From assembly GCA_943704415.1 (NCBI GenBank), contig CALSCO010001030.1:1-64000 (forward strand): a stretch of DNA of 64,000 bases, read 5' to 3'. Below the pieces are notes generated by a model. It saw only the letters and a program-made list of their open reading frames with translations. It did no database searches and was not told the origin of the DNA. Shown here one piece after another: positions 50,428 through 64,000 of the stretch; the first letter of the stretch is position 1; each line of letters starts with the position of its first letter. The position numbers were made by a program, and so were the translations under genes. This DNA is from Parvularia atlantis (lineage: Eukaryota).

Positions 50428-51393
50428 TCACTTGCGCAGGCGCTGCGCCAGGTCGACGAAGGTGGCCATGTGGCGCGTGAGCAGGTCGCGCACAAACGCG
50501 TCCTTGAGCTCGTGGCGCTCGTCAAACTTCTCGCTCGCAGCGCCGAGCGTGACCTCGGGCTGCATCACGGGCGTCATGCTGCGCGCATGCGTGAGCGCGT
50601 CTGTGCGTGCCAAGACGCCGCATGCACGGGGGCGTACTTGAGGAAGATGAACGTCGCGCGCCACGCGAGCTGCGAGCGGATTGTCGCCGACGTGCCGATG
50701 TTCTTGCCGTCGTTGCAGCTGAAGCCCGCCGTGAGCCGTGCGCGACCAGTGGCGCGGCTCGCACGTGCACGCACCCCATGAGCGACACGGCCTTGCCGCT
50801 GAACGGGCTGGTGCCGTACGGGCGGCTGAGGTAGTCGACCGTGTTCCTGCGGCGCGTGCGAGCCGCACGTCAGCCGCCTTTGTTGCACCGCGCGACGTGC
50901 CCGGTGAACGCACTTGAGCCCGCCGGGCAGGCTGAAGTTGTACTGCGAGCGGGGCGGTCAGGCAGTGTGCGGACCACGGGGCGCGCGCGCGCGCACCTCG
51001 GGCGTGACGATCATGACACCGTCGGCCGTCTTGACGTAGTCCTGCCGTGCCGCGCGTGCGCGCGCGTCATGTCAGGTTCGCGTCCGAGTTGCCCCGGCGT
51101 CGCCCTGGTGCCGCGCGCGCGCGCGCCTTGATCTCCTGCGCGGCGGGCGAGTAGTTCTTGTACTCGTCGTCCTCGTTGAACACGGGGATCTTGCCCCACT
51201 CCATGACCTGCTCGCGCGCGCGGGCCCGCGGGCCGTCAGCATAACGTGGGGCTCGTTTGTGCGCTGTGGTGCGGCGCGCCTTGATCTCGGTGCCCGTCGG
51301 CGCGAGCTTGACGGCCGCGTTCATGAGCTTGCGGTTGAGGCTATCCTTGCGCAGCGAGCCGCAGAACGCGGCGATCTTGACCGGGCGCGACAT
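50428..51393 (-). CDS. NAD(P)H-dependent FMN reductase (ChrR/Lot6-like flavodoxin fold)
   Basis: FCGSLRKDSLNRKL, IPVFNED, ADGVMIVTPE/YNFSLPGGLK/NTVDYLSRPYG. Confidence 0.92.
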
Positions 51394-51516
51394 CGCGGGC
51401 ACAAATCTGCTTACAAGCGTGACGGATCGATCAGCTCGCAGATCGGACCAATCACAAGAAGGCTGAGCTCCCTCCAGAAGCTTCCAGCTGCGCTCGCGGC
51501 GGCGCGCCAAACAGGC

Positions 51517-54632
<3,116 letters not shown>

Positions 54633-54669
54633 TTTCGAGAGCAGCCACACTGTAACGCGCCGCTTGCGG

Positions 54670-57600
54670 ATGCCACCGACGGTGATGGCGGCGAAGAGCC
54701 GTGCGGCATCCTCGCGCACGGTCGTCTCACGCGCCTGCCGTCGCGGCTGCTGCTCGCAGGCCAAGCGGCGCCGCAGCACATCCAACGCGGCCATGCCGGC
54801 CACATCGATGATGGTGGCGCCCGTCGCGACGCCGCCGCCGCCCGCGCCGCAGCCGGCCGAGCCGATGGCGACCGAGGGCGCGACGGACGGCGAGCGTGTG
54901 CCGCCCGAGCGTGCGCTGCCTTGGGCCCCGCGTGCGAGGGCGTGCGGCGGCTGATGCGGCGCGGTGGCGCACAGGAGCGCTGATCGCGTCGCTCGCGCGG
55001 CTGCTGGAGGCGCTCGGCAGCACGCTCGAGGTGCGCCGCCGCCGCCCCGATGCACGCTCGCGAGCTGACAGGTGATACGCAGGACCCGCTGGCGGACGAG
55101 GCCGTGCCGATCCCGGCGGTCGACGCCGCGGTGCGCAGTGTGATCGGCCGTGACAGCAGTCGGATGACCATCGATGCGGTGCAGCTCGTGCGCTTTGTCG
55201 ACGACTGCGATGTGGCGCTGCACGACAACACGCCCGGCGTCGTCGCGCTTATGGCGGAGCACGTCCAGACCCTAAGCGGTGCGCGCACCGGACCGAACTG
55301 CGTCGGCACGGTTGACCGGACGCGCGCAGCACTCGAGGCCGGCGTGCGCGCGCGCCAGCTCGCCGTGCTGCTGCGCCTCGTGCGCGTGCTGCAGCGGCGC
55401 TTCGGCGAGGGTGCGGTCAGCCTCGAGCCGCTGCTGTCGACCGTGCGTCAGCCGGCACGAGCCCGATGCGGCTCATTTGTGGCGCGCGCAGGGTATCCCG
55501 CTGCTCGCGAGCGAGGACCCTTGGCCATTCATGCTCCTGTGCCGCATTATCACGGCCCTGCTGCGCAGCTGCAGCGTGCGCACACGCAGGCACGCACACA
55601 CACTGGCCGTGCTGCTGCTGATCGTCTGTTACGCAGTGAGGTGTTTGCCAACTTTGTGCGGACCTCGGCCGACCTGCCCGCGCGCATCGCGTGGCCGCAG
55701 GCGCAGCTGCTGCAGGCCACCGCGGCGACTCTCGTTGACCTCGTGGACGGCCTGGACCCGGTGCTGCCGATTGTGGTGATCGCGGGGCAGGTGCGCGTCG
55801 ACTGCGGCCCTCGTGCAATCGCCCACATGCACGTGCGACACAGCTCCAGGCCATCGAGGGCAGCTGGGCGCTGCAGCCGCTCAGAGACGCCGTAGCCGCG
55901 CGCCACGCAGCCGTGGGCCGGCTCGTGAACGTGCTCGGTGCAACGCCGAGCCGAATGCTGCGGCGCTGCTCACCGCGCGCGCGCCACGGCGGCAGCGCTC
56001 GACAAGATGTGCATGTTCACCGTCAACTCGACCGCGACGTGGGAGATTGTGGCGTCTCTGGGCGACCGCGTGCGTGCTTGGCCTTCCTCTCGCATTGCTG
56101 CGCGCCTAAATGTGAGCGCTCCAGGAGCAGCTGCACAACTTTCGCCTCGCGTGCTGTCTCGGCGTCGTACTGCAGAACGCGTCCGACCTTGCCAGCCGCC
56201 GCCTGCAGCTGGCCGCGGCTACCGACAGCACCGGGCCCGGCCAGGTGCTGATGCGCTGGCTCCACGCCGCACCCGGCGCGCTCACGTGCTCGTTGCAGGT
56301 GCCGCCCAAGCACACGCAGCCCGCGGTCGCCTCGGCCGAGTACGCGCGCATGTTTGTGCTCGAGCTGTCGTGGCGGCACAAGCGCGGGCAGCGTGCGTCA
56401 CGTGCTGTGCGCACGACTGTGGCAGCGCTGGGCCATGACTCGCGGCTGCACAGAGCAAGGAGTGCCTTACAACCCGCTGGACGACCCGATCATGCTCCTG
56501 CGCTGGAACCAGGCCGCCGAGCTGCTACTGATGAGCGTGCAGGCGCCGTGCGTTTCTGCCGCGTGCAAGCCACAACACGCACATGACTCGCGGTGCGCCG
56601 GCGCAGCCTTCTCGGGCAGGCGAACGCAATGGACGTGCGGGCGCTGGTGCAGTACCAGCACTTTCTGCAGACGATCGCCGAGCTGGCCAAGCAGCACGGT
56701 GCGCAAGCGGCAGGGCGCGCGTGCCACACCGGCTTGCTCACGACAGCGATGTGCCCAGGCGCGGTCGACAGCGTCCGGCTGATGCTGCTGTGGCTGCTTT
56801 TGCAGGTGCTCGAGTACTTTGTCAGGCTGGTGCGCCCTGCGGCTCGTGTGCGCGCTGGCTTGCTCACGTGGCGAGCCAGGTGTCTGTGGCCAACAACGCT
56901 GAGCTGAACGCGCTGATCATGGCGGCCGTGAACGCGGTCGTCGTCGACACGCGCAGCACAGGGCCTGCCGCGCCGGTCGACCCAGAGCACACCTCGCTGC
57001 TGCACGTGGGCGGCGTCTTTCTGGTACGCCTGCGTCTGCCGTCGGCGGACGCTTGCCCCCAGTCTGAACCGCGCGGCAGAGCGACATGGTGCAGCCGGTC
57101 GAGCTCATCCGCAGCGCGCTGGCCGACAAGGTCATGATCATTGAGTCGCAGCGCCCGCTTGAACGGCGCATGACCGAGGCCTACCGCGCCATGGTGGCCG
57201 GGCTGAAGGGTGCGTGCACGTGTGCGTGCACAGAGGCGCAGCGTGACAGCAATGCGCACGTGCAGGCTCAAGCGCGCTGCTGGCCCAGCACGGGCTGGAG
57301 CAGCACATGCGTGCGCTGTGGATGCACTCGATGACGTCTGCCGGCCGAGAGGTGCGCCGCTGCCGCTGCACGTCGTTACCTGCGCGCAAGCCGAACGTCG
57401 ACGCGCCGCGCAGACCGTGCCGGTGATGTTGCAGATCGTCGTCTTTGGCGCCGGGGCGGTGCGACCACCTGCTTCGACGCACGCGAGAGTCACCTGACAC
57501 GCCTTGCTGCAGGGCGACGAGGTGACCACCCTGCCAAACACGACGCTCAAGTGCCGCCGTGTCGCTGCCCTTGATCCGTCGCTGTACATGCACCTGCAGA

Positions 57601-60600
57601 TCAGCGTCAGGCTGCAGTGCGTGACGGCCGAGAGCTTTGGGCTGCGCGCGCTAGACGCACGTCACGCCTGCAGGCTCATCGGGCAGATTGTCGAGCTCAT
57701 CTCCAAGGGCGCTTCGGGTCTGAGTGGCGCCGACGGAGCAGGCGCGGGTGCGGTCGACGTGAGCAGCCCGACCACGTTGGACCACATCGCGACCGTCTGC
57801 CACTCGCTGCAGATGTTGTGCGTGCGGGTGGCGTAGTCGTGGCCGTGCACTCGTGCTGACACGCAGTCGCGCGCAGCTACACCACGCCTCTGCAGAAGAT
57901 CATCACATCTAAGATGCTCACCTTTGCCGCGATCATCTCGGAGCGCCCGGACGGCGCGGCCGCCCCCGCCCCGGCCATCTCCGCCACCGATCACGCGCAC
58001 GCTTCGCGCGCCTTGCAGACTTTCGTTGAGCTGGTGCTTTACCGGCTCGTCACGCTCGCCAGGTGTGCACTTGCAGAAGCTGCACGCGGTGCTCAGTGCC
58101 GCGCGCGCCCCTCGATTAGCGCGCCCGCAAGCTCGCTGGCCGTCACGATCCTCAGCAACTTGCTCCCGACCCTGCTCAAGATCCGCCGGTGGCAGCTCTT
58201 TCTGAGTAGCGAGCTCCTGGGCGTGACGATCCTGCAGCTGCCGCTCGATGCGATGGCCATTCTCAAGATCTTCCCGAAGCAGGTGCGCGCCGAATGCGTC
58301 GCGTGCCCGCGCTCAAGTCTGCGCTGCAGGAGGCGCGCGAGGCCGGTGCGCCGCCGACGACGCAAGGCGAGATTGTCAAAGCGATCGCGACGCTGCTCGG
58401 CCCGTCGCTGTGGATCCGCCGCAGCTACGTTGTGGCGCTGGCTCGCATGCTCAGCCTGCGGTGCGCTTGCGCTGCCGACGGCAAACGCGAGCGCGCCTGA
58501 CACATGTGTGCGTGCGGGTGCAGCGGGCCGGGCGACGCTGTTGAGGAGCGCATTGTCGCACTGCTCGACGCCATCCACGCGCTCGACGTCCCCGACGCAC
58601 TCACGTGGAGCCCGCAAGCGCGCGAGTACTTCCCGCCACTGCTGCGCCGGTAGGGCCTGCCGCCGCCGCGGTGCAGCGCGTCCTGATGCTCGTCTGCGTG
58701 CTCGCAGGTACTACGATGCGCGCGACAACACGCTGCGCCAGCACGCGATCGACCAGCAGATCACGAGCTTCATCGCCACAGACCTGCACAACCCGCTCAT
58801 CCTCAACGCGCCGTCGGCGCCGGCGATCGACCCGCTGCCCAAGGTGCGCGTGCTCGCCCCGTGCGTGCGCTGCAGCGATTGAGGGCAACACGCACCTTCG
58901 TGTGCCGCCGCAGCTCATCCAGCACTACATGCTCCCGGACTACAAGCGCTTCTTCTTGTGCGTGATCTGGAGCTTCATGACGTATGAGGAGGGACACATC
59001 GACCTCGACTTCAAGAGTGCGGCGCGGGGCTGCAAGGCTCTGAACTTCCTGACGTGCGTGACCGTGCGCCAGACGTCGGCAAGGTCATGCTGGCGATCGG
59101 GACGGACCAGCGCGCTGCGTGCACGTGGTTCTTGCTGGACTACATCGTGCAGAAGCACGAGAATAAGGGCACGGTGCGTGCGAGGACGCGTGTGCACGCA
59201 CGTCGCTGCTGAGCACAGACTGCGTGTAGGTCCAAAAGCTGCGGCTGGACGCGCTCGAGGACATGATCTTCATGCACCGCCTGCTCTCGCTCGAACACGT
59301 CCTGGCCGGCCTGAGCCGCGGCCATCTCGAGCGCACGGAGGTGACGTTCCGCATCCTGCGGTGCGTGCGCGTGTGCGGCCGGCCGCCGTGACGCTGCACT
59401 GATGCGAGGTCGACGCGACGTGCAGCTTCCTCTTGCTGCAGTCTACCCAGTGGACACGGCGCTTGAATACCTTCCTGGAGGCTGGCCTGAACCCGGCGCG
59501 CTGGCGCGAGCGCGACCACCTGAGCAAGCTGCGCGCCTACTACCAGGCGTGCGTGCACACGGGCGCGAGATGCGCGGGCAGACTGCTCACGGCCCCGCCG
59601 CGCAGCTTCCCCGAGACCTTTGAGCCCGAGCAGATCGGTGGTCTGCTGAACCCGTGCGCGCACCCGCATGCTTGTCGTTGCGCCGAGCGCCAACGCATCT
59701 GCCCGCCCGCTCGCGCGCAGGCTCACCGATCTGACGGCGCACCTGCAGCACAATCTGCCGGTGTACTACGGCGTGCTGCCCGTGCGGTGTGTGCCGAGCG
59801 GCGTTGCACGCGCGGCCTGCCTCACGCGCGTGGCAGCGTCCTCCCGGCGCTCGCGTGGGTCATCCACCGATGCCTCGAGCACGACGAGGAGGCGCTGCTG
59901 CTGGACCTGCTGCCGTCGTGCGCACTTCGATGCGCCGCACACGGTCCGCCGCACTAATCGGCGCGCTGCCCAGGCTGCGCCCGCTCTACGCGTACCATTC
60001 CACGCCGGTGCTCTTCTTGCATGAGCTCTTCTCCGTCTACGCCGCCTGCCCGCTCCTGAAGCGCAGTGCGGCCGCGCGCCGTGGGCTCCTGCTGCTTCTG
60101 CCCGGTCTGTGGCGCACACATGTCGCGCTCGCGGGACATTCTCTGAGCCGCGCGGCAGACAACGTGGCGGTTGAGCTGTCGGCCGAGACGCGCAGCTTCT
60201 GCGCCGACGTGCGCGCCGGTCCGCCGTACGGCTCGCCCGAGCACTTCTGGCGCTTTGTTGAGCGCCTCGCGGACGGTGCGCGTCGTGTGTGCGCCCACCT
60301 CGCAGCGTTTTGACGAAGCCGGCGCAGTGACCACGAGCACGATGCCGTACGAGGGCGAGATGAACACCGACAGCCTGCACGACCGGCAGCACATGGAGCT
60401 GCGCAGCCCGAGCGCGCGCGTGCTGCGGCTGGCGAGCATCGAGGGTACGCTGCATGTAGCGTTACGGATCAGCTCACACCTTCCTGCACAGTTTTGGCCT
60501 GCCCCAGCTTTGCGCCGCAGCACGCTGCGGAGCTGCTGGCGTGGAGCATGCACAGACCCGCGCGCACGACCGTCGCGCACATGGTCGCGCTGGCGCAGCT

Positions 60601-61617
60601 CGTTCTTGCGCTTCCGTCGCCGTATACGCACGCCTTTACGGACGCGGCCCAGGCGCTCGTGCGTGACATGGACTGGGGACCGTCGCGCGCACCGCCCGCC
60701 GAGGGTCTCGTGCGTGATCCTTGCGGGGCCGTCTGCTGCTGCTCGAGAGCTGACACTGCACCTCGCAACGCCAGCCCGTGTCTGCCGGGCTCTTGTTCAA
60801 CCAGCTGGCGTGGTACGAGATGGACACGGCGTTTGACGGCAGCGAGGTGCGCGCGCTGGAACGACAAATTGGCGCCGCTTATGCCGCCGCGCAGGCGCTG
60901 GCGTGCGGCACGTCGCTGTTCCTGGAGCCGCTGGCGGACGAGAGCGACGCGCGCCGCGGGCTCAACAATGTAGCGCATCGCCTGCTCGTGTTCATGCAAG
61001 GCCGTGCGTGGCGTGCGCGCGCGTGCTCGCGTGCTCACGGCGACGCCTCCCAGTGCTGCGCTTCGGTGGCGGCGACGTCCTGCGCCGGTTGTCGGCGGTG
61101 TTGCGCGAGGCCGGCGGGACAGAGCACTTTGAGTTTGTGGTGCGCGTCGTGGCGCCGACGCTGCACCGCCTGCGCGACAGCCGTGTGCAAGACGCGCTGT
61201 TCACGACAGTGCGCGCGCGCGTGGCCTGCCTCCCTCGCTCCGTTGACTCTTGTGCCGTGCCAGGTGATCGTGGACCTGCTGCTGCTGTTTTCGCCCGTGG
61301 TTCAGCGCGCAACCACCGCGGGCAAGCTTGCGTGCTCGCTAACTGTGCAAACGACACTCGACCTCGTGTACGCGTGCGCTGCGCGTGCTGCGCATGAGCG
61401 AGCGGCGGCTTACCACCCATCGACACGCACAGTGACCTGCTCAAGCGCGACGCCGGGCTACCGGCCGACGCGATCGCCCGGCTGAGTACAGCGTTTGCCC
61501 CGTGTGACGCCAGGCACGTGCGCGGTCCTCGCGCCCGCTCGCAAGCTGACCCGGTCGCCCAGGGTGCGAGCAAGGCTCGAGCGCTGGTGGACGCCAGCGA
61601 CCGCGGCTGCAAAGTGA
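54670..61617 (+). CDS. MED23: Mediator subunit 23-like, many exons; start approximate
   Basis: C-terminal half resembles MED23: FFLCVIW, W...DHLSKLRAYYQ/.FPE, LPVYYG...WVIHRCLE, LYAYHSTPVLFL, MPYEGE. Confidence 0.72.
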
Positions 61618-61652
61618 TCGCTTGAACATGTAAGGAAAACGTGCTTTAGACC

Positions 61653-63917
61653 TCACTCTTCGATCGCGCGCGCGGCGCTGGCAGACCCGGAGCTGTCGTC
61701 GGCCAGGACGTCGCGACGTGCAGGCGCCATCGCTACGCCCTCGGGTGGTGTGTCTTGCTGCGCCGGCGCCGCCGCGAGGTCGGGCTTGGCTGCTGCCGCC
61801 GCTGGTGCGTCAGCACTCTGGCTGCCGTGCTGCTCGACTGGCCCGTCCGCTCGTGCAGGCAGCGTGGTGGCGGCTGCAGGCGGGGGCTGCTTGTCCGCTG
61901 GCCCGTGCTCAAGCAGCACGTCCGGCGGTGGTGGCACGGTTGCGCGCACGGGCGCGGCGGTCACGGTCGGCAGCGGCCCATTCAGCCCTGTCGCGACCTC
62001 GGCCAGCGGCTTGTCGTCTGCCGTGACGCTCGATCTGCGCGCACGCACAACGCACGCGATCGGTGATCCCTAGTCGGTTTGCCCAGGCACACGCACATCA
62101 TCAAGCTCGTGGTGCAGCTGAGGGCCAGGAATCCGGCAATCAGCAGCGCGGCCTGCGCGTAGCGGCGGCGCTGGTCGTTCTTGTTGTACACCCGGAGGAA
62201 GAACAGCGACGGCAGGATGTAGGCCACTGTGAAGCCCGCGGTTGCGCCCGTCATCGACACAACCTGGCCGCCGCGCGTAAGGCCGGGCGGCGCCACAGCA
62301 GCACACGGCGCCGCGCGCGCACCGTCTCGACCGACGGCACCATCACGCACGTGTAGCCCGCCAGCGCGAGCACAAACAGGCTCTCGACCGCGTGCCGTGC
62401 CCACTGCCGCGGCCTCAGCGTGCGCGGCTCACCTGTCCCAGCGCGGCTGCGCACCGGCGTCTTCATCACGCTGCTGTCGTGCAGACCGACGGCGCTGCGG
62501 CGCACGTACAGGAACGAGTCGAGCGACTGCCCCGCGAGGCGTGCGTACGTAAGCGAGGGCCGCCAAACCCAGCCAGCGGCGCGCACCTGGCAGCACGGCA
62601 GGAGCGCGAGCGGGAAGAGGAGGATGGTTGAGCACGCAAAGGCGATCTGGATCAGCGCGGTGAGGAGCGGCATGGCCGCAGCGAGCGTTGGCCAGATCGG
62701 GTAGATGACCTGCGCGCCGAGCACGAAAAAGCCCGCAAAGCCAAACTGCGCGCACCCGTCTAAGCGCTCCACTCGCACGCACGCGCGCGCGCGCGGAGTC
62801 GGGCGCACCAGGCTGTACATGATCGACGCGAGGTTGACGGAGCGGTACATTGTGTCCATGGTGTTGTGCAGGTTGGGCACGTCCACGCTAAGGTCAAACA
62901 TGTCGCTGCGCCACACGCATCAGCCAGCGGGGGCACGCGCGGTACCGCGCACGCACAACTGGCAGGTGTACGCCTGGCAGACGATCGGCACAGCCTTCAT
63001 GACGTGGCGGAAGTCGAGGTGCGCAAACGTGAATGCCGTGCCAAACGTCAGCGCGGCCGGGTCGAGCTCGTTTGGCGGCTACGCAGGCCGCCCGAGCGTG
63101 AGGCAGCGGCGACACGAGCGGGCGCGGACGCACCTCGGCGATCAGCTTGCGCTGCCCGAGCCACACGCTGAACGAGTATGACAGCAGCGCCATGAACATG
63201 AGCACGACGAGGCCGACGTCGACGATCACGGCAGCCTCGCACGCGCGCTGCGCGAGGGGGCCGGTGAGGGCAGCTCGCACGCGCAAAGTGGCACGCACCT
63301 GCAGCTGGCGCGTGTCGCGCAGGAGCGCGAGCGGCACCAGCCCGACGATGACCGCGCCGTTGACAAGCCGGCTGAGCGGGCTGTCGGCGCCCCCGAGGTA
63401 GAGCTGCTCAAAGGCGACGAGCACCTCCTGCAGGATGAGCAAGTAGGCTGTGCGCCGGTTGAGCGTGCAGGCCCCGGCCGGCGCGGGCGCACGCACTGAC
63501 AGACGTGCCAAACTGCAGCACGGCGCTCCCGAGCTCCACGGCCATCGAGCCCGGGTAGCCGAAGAGGTAGAAGCCGAGCATCTCATAGCTGCGCGTGCCG
63601 CACTCCCTGCTCGCGAACTGGAGCATCTCGAGCGAGAACTTGGTGCCCTGCGCACGCGCACGTCACCAGCGCCGCTCGCCAACGGCCGCCCAAACGCGAC
63701 CTGGTGCGCGAGCCAGGTGCACGCGAGCCCGAGCAGCAGGCCCGTCTTGCCGTAAAAATACACGATCGACAGCAGGCTCGAGCCGACCATCGCCGCCGTC
63801 ACGAGTGCGACGCCCTGGCGCTCGAGCTGGGCGCGCACACACCAGGCGGAGCGTGAAGAGGCGCGACACGGCCTCGCGGGCATCACGCACGCTGCGCTGG
63901 TCCCGCGCGAGGTCCAT
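61653..63917 (-). CDS. Amino acid transporter, SLC38/AVT (Aa_trans) family
   Basis: AMVGSSLLSI.YFY.KTGLLLG, SYEMLG, LVPLALLRD..QL, PIVCQAYTCQ, FGFAGFFVLG, FPLALLPC, TGATAGFTVAYILPSLFF. Confidence 0.85.
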
Positions 63918-64000
63918 GGCCGCGGGCGGGTCACACAATCGAGCGTCGAATGGGCACGCGTCTCCTGCTGCGCGGGCCGGACGCGGCGGCGTGGGTGGCG

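Overview
This is GC-rich eukaryotic (opisthokont-like protist) DNA with about 28 protein-coding genes, almost all broken by many ~45-65 nt spliceosomal introns (GT/GC...CTGAC/CTAAC/CTCAC...CAG). The six-frame ORF track is therefore mostly misleading, and the gene models below were spliced by hand; coordinates are whole gene spans including introns. Intergenic distances are extremely short, mostly 11-120 nt. The gene content mixes fungal-type genes (PPG1-like phosphatase, ADP1-like ABCG, fungal-type Trp enzymes) with genes retained in animals (LATS-like kinase, CREB-like bZIP, MED23). I infer an early holomycotan such as a nucleariid, but this is unverified. The standout feature is an operon-like tryptophan cluster, trpE-trpG-trpC-trpF (16922-22235), of four intron-containing, co-oriented ORFs. 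They are joined by an 11-nt spacer, a spacer consisting almost entirely of an apparent intron, and a bacterial-style ATGA stop/start overlap. Other notable items are a LATS/NDR kinase with an N-terminal CRIB motif, a DBP5 helicase with a C2H2 finger and a DEAE motif, frequent GC-AG introns, and a recurrent TCGA motif in the tiny upstream spacers. No RNA genes, CRISPR arrays or mobile elements were recognised.
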